Below are positions 52,192-61,339 of a stretch of 64,000 nt of DNA, one piece after another (positions within the stretch are counted from its first letter, which is position 1; the number at the start of each line of letters is the position of its first letter). Below the pieces are notes generated by a model. That model ran no database searches, had not been told where the DNA came from, and was given only the letters and a program-made list of their open reading frames with translations. Source of the stretch: Bacteroidales bacterium (GTDB lineage Bacteria; Bacteroidota; Bacteroidia; Bacteroidales; WCHB1-69); contig JAFPVR010000116.1 in NCBI GenBank assembly GCA_017395245.1, positions 22,086 through 86,085 on the forward strand. The letters are read 5' to 3'. The position numbers were made by a program, and so were the translations under genes.

Positions 52192-53571
52192 ATGATAGAC
52201 CACATCCTCAAAACCCTCCAACAAAACGACTACGTCTACATCGACCGTCTGGGCGTGTTTCGTGTCCGGATGCGGCACGCGGAGATCGCCGACGGGGTCA
52301 TCCGGCCGCCGCACAACGAGGTTGTGTTCACCCCGGGCGACGACACGGAAAACAACTACGCGCTCGCCGACCAGGTGAGCCGCGAAAAACAGTGTCTCTT
52401 TACCGAGGCCAACGAGCAGATCACGGCCTGGGTCGATGAGCTGCTCGCCGCCCTGCAGCACAACAAGTCCGTCACCTACGAGGACTTCGGTACGTTCATG
52501 TTCGACAAGAAGGGAAACCTCACCTTCGAGAGCGCGGCCATCCCGCAACTCAATGGCCTCTTCGAAGGCATGGAACCGATAGACTTGAAAGTGCCCGTCG
52601 TGGCCGTGGAAGCCGAACCTGTCGAGGAACCTGAACCTGTCGAGGAGCCCGAACCCGTTATGGAACCTGAACCCGTTGTGGAACCTGAACCCGTTGTGGA
52701 ACCCGAACCTGTCGAGGAACCTGAACCTGTCGCGGAACCTGAACCCGTCGTGGAGCCCGAACCCGTTGTGGAAACCGAATCGGTTGTGGAACCCGAACCT
52801 GTCGAGGAACCTGAACCTGTCGCGGAACCTGAACCCGTCGTGGAACCCGAACCCGTTGTGGAAACCGAATCGGTTGTAGAACCCGAACCTGTAGTGGAAC
52901 CCGAACCCGTTGACGAACCTGAACCTGTCAAGGAACCTGAACCGATTCCCGAACCTGTTGGGGCGAATAATGATTCGCCCATTGACGAAGACAAGGATGA
53001 TGAGGAAGAGGATGACGAAGACGACGAGGAAGAGGAAAAGGAAAAGGAGAAGAAGCGTCACCGTCTGGCATGGCTGTGGATTCTTCTGCTTCTGCTCGCG
53101 GTGTTAGGTGCGCTCGGCTACATTTTTAAGGATAAGCTGACCGACTACTACCATCAGTGGCGAGAGAGCAAACAATCTGTAGAGCAAGTGGTTACGACGG
53201 ACCAACAATCCGATGAGACTACGGGGACTGTAACGGCGGATGAAACGGAACCGGCCGTAGACGAGTCCGAACCCGTTGAAGAGCCGGTTGCGGAGGTCTA
53301 CACGCCCGAGGTGCTCAAACAGACCGCCGACGGCAAATACGATTACATCCGCTTCGAACCCGGCCACTATTACGCGATTGCGGGCAGCTTCCCTGGCGAA
53401 GCCGACGTGCTGCGCCACATCCGCCAGAAAAACCTCGACCAGTACTCCCCGAAGATTGTCCTTCAGGGCGGTGTGAAGAACCTGCGCGTCTGCATCGGCA
53501 TCTTCGACACGGAAGAGGAGGCGGAGCAGTTCGCCAAGTCCATCAATTCCCAATACTGGGTGTTAAAATAA
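52192..53571 (+). CDS. HU-like N-domain / Pro-Glu-Val linker / TM / SPOR-like membrane protein
   Basis: VYIDRLGVF and VTYEDFGTF (HU-like); 18-bp EPEPVV repeats; TM; YYAIAGSF...[13 protein letters not shown]. Confidence 0.75.
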   Translation: MIDHILKTLQQNDYVYIDRLGVFRVRMRHAEIADGVIRPPHNEVVFTPGDDTENNYALADQVSREKQCLFTEANEQITAWVDELLAALQHNKSVTYEDFGTFMFDKKGNLTFESAAIPQLNGLFEGMEPIDLKVPVVAVEAEPVEEPEPVEEPEPVMEPEPVVEPEPVVEPEPVEEPEPVAEPEPVVEPEPVVETESVVEPEPVEEPEPVAEPEPVVEPEPVVETESVVEPEPVVEPEPVDEPEPVKEPEPIPEPVGANNDSPIDEDKDDEEEDDEDDEEEEKEKEKKRHRLAWLWILLLLLAVLGALGYIFKDKLTDYYHQWRESKQSVEQVVTTDQQSDETTGTVTADETEPAVDESEPVEEPVAEVYTPEVLKQTADGKYDYIRFEPGHYYAIAGSFPGEADVLRHIRQKNLDQYSPKIVLQGGVKNLRVCIGIFDTEEEAEQFAKSINSQYWVLK

Positions 53572-53577
53572 AAATTC

Positions 53578-53690
53578 TTCCTTGAGCAGCCCTGTAGGGG
53601 CAAGAGCTTGGTAGCCTAGGGTGAGCGAAGTGAGCCCAAGGAATAGGGAGTAACGGATGAGAAGATAATAAGATGATAAGATAACAAGAT
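53578..53690 (+). repeat. Family B element plus GATAAGA-type repeats
   Basis: TTCCTTGAGCAGCCCTGTAGGGGCAAGAGC..AGCCTAGGGTGAGCGAAGTGAGCCCAAGG. Confidence 0.8.
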
Positions 53691-54417
53691 GAAAATTAAC
53701 ATCAAACAGCATATCCCGAACACCATCACCTGCCTGAACCTGGTGTGTGGATGCTTCTCCATCATGTCGTCGCTGAATGGCAACCTCACCTTCGCGGGCA
53801 TTTGGATCGTGACGGCCGCCATCTTCGACTTCTGCGACGGCCTCAGTGCGAGGTTGCTGCATGTAGCCTCGGCCATCGGCAAGGAACTCGACTCGCTCGC
53901 CGATGTGGTCTCCTTCGGGGTCGCCCCGACGATGATCGCCTACAAGTGGCTGACTATCTGTTATTCGCAAATGCCGCCCGCCGCGCAGATTCCCTTCACC
54001 TCGTACATGACCTACCTGGTCTTCCTCGTCCCTGCGCTGTCGGCGGTGCGCTTGGCGAAGTTCAACCTCGACACCAAGCAGACGGAGAACTTCATCGGCA
54101 TGCCGACGCCGGCCAACGCGCTGTTCCTCGGCTTCATCCCCGCCGCCGCTGAGCATATCGCCATCCTTGACAACTTCTGGGTGGTGCTCGTCTTTGCCGT
54201 TTTCTTCGCCATCCTGTTAGTCAGTCCGATCAATATGATCTCCCTGAAATTCAAGAACTTCAAGTTTACAGGCATGAACATTGCCCGCTATCTCCTGTTG
54301 CTGGTCGGCATTGTCTTGTTTCTGATTTTCAAGTTGGGCGCGTTCCCGCTGATTATCTTCGGCTATCTGCTCATCTCCATATTTTATCACACTTTAACGA
54401 ATTTGGACGTATTATGA
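53689..54417 (+). CDS. pssA: CDP-diacylglycerol--serine O-phosphatidyltransferase
   Basis: IPNTITCLNL, DFCDGLSAR, GKELDSLADVVSFGVAP, RLAKFN, FIGMPTP. Confidence 0.93.
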   Translation: MKINIKQHIPNTITCLNLVCGCFSIMSSLNGNLTFAGIWIVTAAIFDFCDGLSARLLHVASAIGKELDSLADVVSFGVAPTMIAYKWLTICYSQMPPAAQIPFTSYMTYLVFLVPALSAVRLAKFNLDTKQTENFIGMPTPANALFLGFIPAAAEHIAILDNFWVVLVFAVFFAILLVSPINMISLKFKNFKFTGMNIARYLLLLVGIVLFLIFKLGAFPLIIFGYLLISIFYHTLTNLDVL

Positions 54418-55001
54418 AATATACATCATTGGCATTGTATTGCGGTTCTTCCGCAGGAAATAATCCCGCCTACGCGCAGGAAGCGGCGCGTTTCGGCAAA
54501 CTGTGCGCTCTGAAGCAGTTGACGCTCTATTACGGGGGCGGCTCCATCGGACTGATGGGGGCGGCGGCCGAGGCTTCCCTTAATCACGGGGGGAAGGTCA
54601 TCGGGGTGGCCCCGGACTTTTTCGCCAAAGGCGAGGTGCTGGCCACCAACCTCACCGAGATGATTATGGTGAAGACCATGAGCGAGCGCAAGCAGCTGTT
54701 GGAAGAGCGGGCCGATGCGTTTGTGGTTTTCCCCGGCGGCTACGGCACCATGGACGAGCTCTTCGAGATGGTCACCGACGCGCAGTTGGGCCTTCATTTC
54801 AAACCTATCGCCATCTATAACTACATGGGATTCTACGACTTGCTGATTCAGCAGCTCGACAAGTTCATGGAAGAGGGCTTCTTGCGGCCTTTCCACCGCA
54901 ATTTGCTGATTCATGCGGAGAATCTGGATGAGTTGTTCTATAAGTTGAATACATACGAGAATACCAACGACCATACGTGGTTGGACAAAATTAAACACTA
55001 A
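54414..55001 (+). CDS. LOG-family (TIGR00730) protein
   Basis: YCGSS, YGGGSIGLMG, MSERK, PGGYGTMDELFE. Confidence 0.93.
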   Translation: MKYTSLALYCGSSAGNNPAYAQEAARFGKLCALKQLTLYYGGGSIGLMGAAAEASLNHGGKVIGVAPDFFAKGEVLATNLTEMIMVKTMSERKQLLEERADAFVVFPGGYGTMDELFEMVTDAQLGLHFKPIAIYNYMGFYDLLIQQLDKFMEEGFLRPFHRNLLIHAENLDELFYKLNTYENTNDHTWLDKIKH

Positions 55002-55013
55002 AACCCTGGAAAT

Positions 55014-56180
55014 ATGCAATTTAAAGATGTGTTGGTGGATGCTGCCTTCAAGCAGAAACTCGTGGATTTGGCTCGCGAGGGCCGTTCGGCGCATGCGCAG
55101 TTTTTCCTTGCGCAGCCCGGCAGCCATGCGTTAGCGTTGGCGGTCGCGCTCGGACAGTACCTCTGCTGCGAGAATCCCGGCGAGCACGACTCCTGCGGCG
55201 AGTGCCCGTCGTGCAAGCAGTTCGCCAAATTGTCACACCCTGACCTGCATCTCTATTTCCCCAACTGCACCACGAAATCGGTGAAGAAGGATCCCGAATC
55301 GAGTCTCTTTATCAAGGAGTTCCGGGATTATGTCCTGCAAAACGACTTCCATGTGGACATAAACGGCTGGCTGAATATTTTGGAAGGGGAGAATAAGCAG
55401 GCCTCCATCAATTCCCGCGACTGTTCCGACATTCTTCACCACAACAACACGCAGTCGCACCAGGACGGCTGCAAGGTCTATATCCTCTGGTGCGTGGACC
55501 GTCTGTATCATTCGGCCGCGCCCAAATTGCTGAAAACCCTCGAAGAGCCTGAGTCCAATTCGGTGTTCATCCTCATTTCGGAGGAGCCCGACAAGATTTT
55601 GAACACCATCCTGTCGCGCACGCAGCTCGTGAAAATCCCCCGTCTGACTGACGCGGATCTCTCCGAGAAGTTGCAACAAACGTATCCGGATCTCTCCCCC
55701 GACGAGGCGTCCGACATCGCTATATTGGCCGACGGCAACTATAACAAGGCCATGCACATTGTCACCGACAACGAGGACCAACGCGTGCTTTTGCAGCAAT
55801 TCGAGGTCGTTTTCGACAGTGTTACCGCCATGGCACAGCGAAAACCGCTGGTTTCGGTGCAATACGAGCAGGCACAGACGGCCTTGGCCGAGGTGGTCGC
55901 GGCCGGCCGCGAATACCAGAAACAGTATCTCCAGCTGATGCTGCGTATGTTGCGCAACATTCTGATGATGAATTCCAACAATTCGGGATTGCTGAAAGTG
56001 ACCCATCAGGAGCAATCCGTCTTGGACAAATACCGCGGCTTCATCCACCTGAAGCAGATTTCCGTCATGACCGACCTCTGCAACGAAGCCCTGTACCACA
56101 TCACCCGCAACGGCAACTCCTCGCTCATCTTCACCGATCTCTATTTCAAACTGGTGAACAGCCTTGAGCAGCCCCGATAG
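55014..56180 (+). CDS. holB: DNA polymerase III delta' subunit
   Basis: SCGECPSC, HPDLH, KLLKTLEEP, TILSRTQ. Confidence 0.88.
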   Translation: MQFKDVLVDAAFKQKLVDLAREGRSAHAQFFLAQPGSHALALAVALGQYLCCENPGEHDSCGECPSCKQFAKLSHPDLHLYFPNCTTKSVKKDPESSLFIKEFRDYVLQNDFHVDINGWLNILEGENKQASINSRDCSDILHHNNTQSHQDGCKVYILWCVDRLYHSAAPKLLKTLEEPESNSVFILISEEPDKILNTILSRTQLVKIPRLTDADLSEKLQQTYPDLSPDEASDIAILADGNYNKAMHIVTDNEDQRVLLQQFEVVFDSVTAMAQRKPLVSVQYEQAQTALAEVVAAGREYQKQYLQLMLRMLRNILMMNSNNSGLLKVTHQEQSVLDKYRGFIHLKQISVMTDLCNEALYHITRNGNSSLIFTDLYFKLVNSLEQPR

Positions 56181-56303
56181 GGGCAAGAGCTTGTTTAAAT
56201 TGGCCAACTGCTTTGAACAGCCCCGATAGGGGCAAGAGCTCGGTAGCCCGGGGTAAGGCCGTAGGCCGCAGCCCCGGGGAAAACGGTCAACGGTCAACGG
56301 TCA
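56162..56303 (+). repeat. Family B element (first hairpin duplicated, overlapping the holB stop) plus AACGGTC x3
   Basis: CAGCCCCGATAGGGGCAAGAGC twice; AGCCCGGGGTAAGGCCGTAGGCCGCAGCCCCGGG. Confidence 0.82.
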
Positions 56304-56352
56304 CACAATAAAGGCACGGTTTTTGCGTTATGACGTCCGAAAAATTTTGATT

Positions 56353-57753
56353 ATGAGACGTAATATTGTATTATTTGTCGCGCTGTTTCTGATGAGCGCA
56401 TTCCATATCGCCAACGCCCAGGTCGAGGCATTCTGTACGGCCAAGGCACCGTCGGAAGTTGGTGTGAACCAGCAGTTTCAATACACGGTGACGACCTCGG
56501 AGAAGGGGACCGTTTTGGATACGGATTTCGGGAAGTTCGAATTCGTGGGCGGTCCGAGCATGGGGTCGAGCACCTCTATTTCCATCTCCGGCGGGCACAC
56601 CGAGCAGAGCACGCAATACACGTACACCTATGTACTTTCGTGCCCGCGCGAAGGAACGTTCACCATCCCCGGGGTCTCCATTTCCGTGGACGGCAGGGTG
56701 CTGAAGAGCAACGCCGTGGAGGTCAAGGTGGTGAAGGCCGGCAAGCAGCAACAGCGTCAGCAGCAGGACGACCAGTCGGGATTTTTCCAATTCGAGTTTC
56801 CCGATTTCGGAGACTTCTTCGGCAACGACAGACGGCAGCAGCAGCCCAAGTCGAAATCGGAAAGTGTTGAGTACAAGGATGATATCAAGAAAGAAGATAT
56901 GTTCGTGAAGGCGGAGATCTCGCAGGCGGAGGCTTGGCAGGGTGAGGCCGTGGTGGTGACGCACAAGCTCTACATCAAGCAGGACATACGTGGCTACGAC
57001 ATTGCCCGCGCTACGTATGCTGCCACTGACGCGCTCTGGCTCGACCGCCTCGACAACAGCTACAGCGAGGAATCCACGGAGACCATCAAGGGCGTGAGCT
57101 ACCATGTTTACACGATTATGCAGACGGCGGCCTACCCGAGGAAAACGGGCAAGGTGACCATCCCGAAACTCGACCTGATTGTGCGCATCGGCGTGCCCGC
57201 GACCGTGCATAATCCGTTCTGGGGCACGATGACTACCACCCGTGCCAAGGACTTCCGGCTCACCGCCAACGAGCTGACCCTCAAGGTGAAGCCGCTTCCC
57301 AACACCGATAACAACGGCAAAACGGAACTCGTCGGCCATTTCGATATCTCCGCCTCCATCAACAAGACGGAAGTGGCCGTCAACCAGCCGGTTACGCTCA
57401 CGGTGACGGTCTCCGGCAACGGCAACCTCCACCACATCACGGCCGACGACCTGGACATCGACTTCCCCTCCGACTGCGATGTCACGTATCCGCGTGTCAG
57501 TCAGCGCATCAGCGCGAAGGGCAACCTCGTGAGCGGCACCAAGACTTTCCAGTTTACGCTGATCCCGCGTTCCGAGGGCGAGTATTTCATCCCGAACGCC
57601 ATGTTCATTTACTATGACGACGAGATGCAGGGCATCAAGGGCATTACCACGCAGGATTTCCGCTTCGAGGCCAAGCCCGGCCGCACCACCACCCCGAAAG
57701 ACGACGACGACAGCTCTTCGTCGAAACCGAAAGGGAAGGTGTACAAGATATAG
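56353..57753 (+). CDS. BatD-family exported protein
   Basis: Signal peptide; GPSMGSSTSISI, YTYVL..EGTFTIP, LKVKPLP, VSGNGNL, LIPRSEGEY. Confidence 0.8.
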   Translation: MRRNIVLFVALFLMSAFHIANAQVEAFCTAKAPSEVGVNQQFQYTVTTSEKGTVLDTDFGKFEFVGGPSMGSSTSISISGGHTEQSTQYTYTYVLSCPREGTFTIPGVSISVDGRVLKSNAVEVKVVKAGKQQQRQQQDDQSGFFQFEFPDFGDFFGNDRRQQQPKSKSESVEYKDDIKKEDMFVKAEISQAEAWQGEAVVVTHKLYIKQDIRGYDIARATYAATDALWLDRLDNSYSEESTETIKGVSYHVYTIMQTAAYPRKTGKVTIPKLDLIVRIGVPATVHNPFWGTMTTTRAKDFRLTANELTLKVKPLPNTDNNGKTELVGHFDISASINKTEVAVNQPVTLTVTVSGNGNLHHITADDLDIDFPSDCDVTYPRVSQRISAKGNLVSGTKTFQFTLIPRSEGEYFIPNAMFIYYDDEMQGIKGITTQDFRFEAKPGRTTTPKDDDDSSSSKPKGKVYKI

Positions 57754-57757
57754 GGAT

Positions 57758-57798
57758 AAAGCATGCGCCGTGTCAATAGAACACGGCGCATGCTTTTT
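57758..57798 (+). terminator. Intrinsic terminator
   Basis: AAAGCATGCGCCGTGT...ACACGGCGCATGCTTTTT. Confidence 0.85.
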
Positions 57799-58063
57799 AG
57801 GAGGGTCGGCATTCCTGCCGACCGTGCAGGAGTCCCGGCATCCCTGCCATAGGAGGGTCGGCATTCCTGCCGACCGTACAGAAGTCTCAGCATCCTTGCC
57901 GACCTGCCGAACAAGCGACAACCTAAAACAGTCGCAGCACGCGCTTAAGGGTTTCGCAAGGGGTTGGCAAGGCTTTCGCAAGGGGTTGGCAAGGGGTAGG
58001 CAAGCAAAAATGCTTGCTTGGGCTTGCGAAATACTTGCGATATGCTTGCTATATGCTTGCGAA
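57798..58063. repeat. Family C-related palindromes plus two inverted 11-bp-period arrays (GCAAG block and CTTGC block)
   Basis: TAGGAGGGTCGGCATTCCTGCCGACC twice; gtttcgcaagg ggttggcaagg... facing tgcttgc/acttgc units. Confidence 0.75.
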
Positions 58064-58313
58064 TGCGGGTGCTGGGGGTGTTGAGTGCCATTCTCTCCGA
58101 TATGCGGTGAGCTAAGCAGGACGGCGATGACAGTAGGGAACGGATGCCGCGCGGGTTCAAAAGCTCCGGAGGGGATGCAAAGCTGAAGGGAACTCACCGA
58201 ACGGCAGCAACTTATCAAACGTATACTAACACGCCTCTGTTAATAAAATTTTCGAGAATTTATTCCGACTGGTCCGGTTTTTGAATCACCGATGTTGTAT
58301 TTTTGCAGCGTCT

Positions 58314-58368
58314 TAGGAGCTACGGCATTTCTGCCGCAAAAAGGTCGTCAGGAATGGCGTATCTCCTA
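58314..58368. repeat. Family C monomer in the cas3 leader
   Basis: TAGGAGCTACGGCATTTCTGCCGC...GTCGTCAGGAATGGCG..TCTCCTA, just after the TATTTTTG promoter motif. Confidence 0.75.
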
Positions 58369-58418
58369 TGAATCGGCAAAATAATATGTTATATAGAATT
58401 CTGAAAAATGATTGGTAA

Positions 58419-60632
58419 ATGAGCAAAATGTGTGAAAGAAGGCTTATGACGGAACAACAGTGTTCGGAAACAATATCTCACGTTAGACAACCTGGCTTGG
58501 AAACACAATCCAACGAAGATCATCAGCAAGGTGTGGCAGAACTGGCCTCGAAATTTGCCAGAGAATTTGGCATGGCCGAATGGGGACGTGTCATGGGATT
58601 GTTGCATGATAAAGGAAAAGAGAAAAAATCCTTCCAACAACATATCATTAAAGAGAGCGGATTGAACCCCGAAACAAGGGTTGATGGCGATTACCGACAC
58701 GCATACGTAGGGGCCTTGATAGCTAAGGAATTATTTCCCAATTCACATTTGTTGATGGATAACGCCTTGATGGGACATCATAGGGGGCTTTATGATGATG
58801 GAGACATGAAAGAATTGATGAAGTTGGAAATCCCCAAAGATGTGATTGTTGAGAAAATTGATGCAGAATTTGAAATTCCACAATTAGAGAAACCTGTTAA
58901 GGGCTACCAAAAAGACATCCATCATCTGGAACGTATGCTCTATAGCTGCCTGGTGGATGCTGATTTTTTGGACACGGAAGCTTTTATGCAACCCGAACAA
59001 AGCCGTTTGAGAGGGAATTACGATTCTTTGGCGACATTGGAAGAAAGATTGGAGACGTTTTTGGCAGAATTGAAGAAAAACGCTCCAGATACGGAAGTCA
59101 ATAGGATTAGGAACGAGGTTCAAAATTGGTGCGTCAAAGAGAGTGTTAATCCGCCTGACTTTTACAGTTTGACAGTTCCTACGGGTGGAGGTAAGACATT
59201 GGCCTCCATTTTGTGGGCCATCAAACATGCCATCAAGAATGACCTGAAGAGGATCATTATAGCGATCCCTTATACGAGCATCATCACGCAAACAGCAAGT
59301 GTGTTGAGAAATATATTCGGCGAGGAGAATGTGCTCGAGCACCACTCGAATGTTGACAGGTCTGCATTCGACGATAGGGAATTGACTCAAAAAATGAAAT
59401 TGGCGACAGAAAATTGGGATTACCCTATCATTGTGACGACGAATGTTCAATTATTCGAATCGCTGTTTAGCAATAAGCCATCCAATTGTCGCAAATTGCA
59501 CAACATTGCCAAAAGCGTTCTGATAATGGATGAAGTGCAAACCTTGCCAACCGACTTCCTGCAGCCTATTGTTGACACTTTTGACACTCTGAAGAGAGTG
59601 TTTGGCGTATCCGTTTTGTTTACAACTGCCAGCCAGCCTGTGCTATCCGGCTTGATACGGGGAACTAATTCGTTTGTTTCTTTTGAAGGTTTGCCGAATA
59701 TTCACGAAATCATCCCTGATGGAACCAATCTTCACGATCGGTTGCGCCGTGTGGAACTGAAATTTGAGAAAACCCCAGAGAATTATGACGAAATAGCACA
59801 AAAAATATCCCATCATTCACGTGTGCTTTGCATTGTGAACACAAGAAATGATGCCAAAGAGATTTACTCACGGCTACACAAAGAAGGAATTTGTCTGCAT
59901 CTGTCAAGAATGATGTGCCCTGACCATGTGACGGAAACCATTGACAAGGTGAAATTGGCGCTTAAAGAAACGTCAAATACAACAATCAGGGTGGTGGCGA
60001 CCCAACTTATTGAAGCGGGCGTAGATATTGACTTCCCCGTAGTGTTTCGACAAGAAGCCGGACTTGACTCTGTACTTCAAGCGGCAGGCAGATGCAATAG
60101 AGAAGGAAAATTGGAAATGGGAAGCACCTTTGTTTTTGGTTTGCAGAAGCCATTGCCTCCCGGATTTATGACACAAACTAATAACGCCCGACTTGCCATG
60201 ACGGATCGTGAATATGATTGGTTCTCGCCAGAAGCGATGGAGGCCTACTTCAAGCAACTTTATTCACGTGTTAATAGTTTTGACAAGAAGAACATCAAAG
60301 ATTTGTTATACAAGGCTGAAATACAATTCGAAACAGCTGCATTTGCATTCCATTTGATTGATGATAATACAATTTCTGTTATCGTGAATTGGAAGAATAG
60401 CATGGAGTTAGTAGAAAGATTAGTCAGAGAAGGTCCATCCTATTCGTTAATGAAAGCATTGTCTCAATTCAGCGTCAACGTGCGGTATGGAGATATGAAG
60501 AAGCTGGTAGAGGCTGGTGCAATCGAAGAGGTGCTTGAAGGAATCTATGTAATTCGAGACCAGTCCTTTTACAGCAATGAAGTTGGTCTTGTTACAGATA
60601 ATCATTGGTTAGAAGAATCATTAATAGTATAA
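58419..60632 (+). CDS. cas3: CRISPR-associated helicase/nuclease Cas3 (type I-C)
   Basis: HD domain (LLHDKGK, GHH, LVDADFLDT), VPTGGGKT, EHHS, DEVQ, EAGVDIDF, QAAGRCNREG; start could be 58446. Confidence 0.95.
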   Translation: MSKMCERRLMTEQQCSETISHVRQPGLETQSNEDHQQGVAELASKFAREFGMAEWGRVMGLLHDKGKEKKSFQQHIIKESGLNPETRVDGDYRHAYVGALIAKELFPNSHLLMDNALMGHHRGLYDDGDMKELMKLEIPKDVIVEKIDAEFEIPQLEKPVKGYQKDIHHLERMLYSCLVDADFLDTEAFMQPEQSRLRGNYDSLATLEERLETFLAELKKNAPDTEVNRIRNEVQNWCVKESVNPPDFYSLTVPTGGGKTLASILWAIKHAIKNDLKRIIIAIPYTSIITQTASVLRNIFGEENVLEHHSNVDRSAFDDRELTQKMKLATENWDYPIIVTTNVQLFESLFSNKPSNCRKLHNIAKSVLIMDEVQTLPTDFLQPIVDTFDTLKRVFGVSVLFTTASQPVLSGLIRGTNSFVSFEGLPNIHEIIPDGTNLHDRLRRVELKFEKTPENYDEIAQKISHHSRVLCIVNTRNDAKEIYSRLHKEGICLHLSRMMCPDHVTETIDKVKLALKETSNTTIRVVATQLIEAGVDIDFPVVFRQEAGLDSVLQAAGRCNREGKLEMGSTFVFGLQKPLPPGFMTQTNNARLAMTDREYDWFSPEAMEAYFKQLYSRVNSFDKKNIKDLLYKAEIQFETAAFAFHLIDDNTISVIVNWKNSMELVERLVREGPSYSLMKALSQFSVNVRYGDMKKLVEAGAIEEVLEGIYVIRDQSFYSNEVGLVTDNHWLEESLIV

Positions 60633-60634
60633 AT

Positions 60635-61339
60635 ATGGAATATTACGACAAAGAATTTTGTTTGGAGGTGTGGGGGCCGATGGCCTGCTTCACCCGACCA
60701 GAGCTAAAAGTGGAAAGAGTGAGCTATGATATCATCACCCCATCGGCCGCGCGAGCTGTGTTTGAAGCTATCTTTTGGAAACCTGCCATCCATTGGCAGA
60801 TAACAAAAATTGAAGTGTTAAATCCTATTAAATGGACAACTATCAGACGTAATGAAGTAGGTGCCGTCGCATCGAACAAGAAGAAGCAAATTTTCATAGA
60901 GGAAGAGAGACAGCAAAAGAACTCGTTGTTGCTTCAAGATGTCCATTATCGGATTTGGGCCAAGCTAGTTTTCATCCCCCAATGGAAGAGAAAAGAGACC
61001 AAGAACGCCCAAATTGACATAGAAGAAGCCGATCTGCTTAAGAGAGATGAGAATCCTGGCAAGTATAACGCCATGTTTGAACGCAGGGCGAGCAAAGGCC
61101 AGTGCTTCAACCAACCTTATTTGGGCACACGAGAGTTTTCAGCCTCTTTCTGTTTAGTAAAGCCAGAACAAGAAGATTTGAAAGACCCTATTGACGAGAG
61201 TCGCGACCTTGGCATTATGCTTTACGATATGGATTTTGAAGGCAATCCCGATAAACCCGAAGCAATGTTTTATCGTGCTCGTATGGAGCACGGCGTTATT
61301 ATTGTTCCACCAATTGACAGTAAGGAGGTTTTGAGATGA
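60635..61339 (+). CDS. cas5: Cas5c (Cas5d)
   Basis: GPMACFTRPELKVERVSY, TPSAAR, WKPAI, RRNEV, PYLGTREF. Confidence 0.95.
   Translation: MEYYDKEFCLEVWGPMACFTRPELKVERVSYDIITPSAARAVFEAIFWKPAIHWQITKIEVLNPIKWTTIRRNEVGAVASNKKKQIFIEEERQQKNSLLLQDVHYRIWAKLVFIPQWKRKETKNAQIDIEEADLLKRDENPGKYNAMFERRASKGQCFNQPYLGTREFSASFCLVKPEQEDLKDPIDESRDLGIMLYDMDFEGNPDKPEAMFYRARMEHGVIIVPPIDSKEVLR

Noticed and set aside
57931-57960. Degenerate type I-C repeat or mini-array before cas3 (GTCGCAGCACGCG)
   Set aside because: Only the first few bases resemble a I-C repeat; there is no hairpin, no ATTGAAAC-like end and no second copy.
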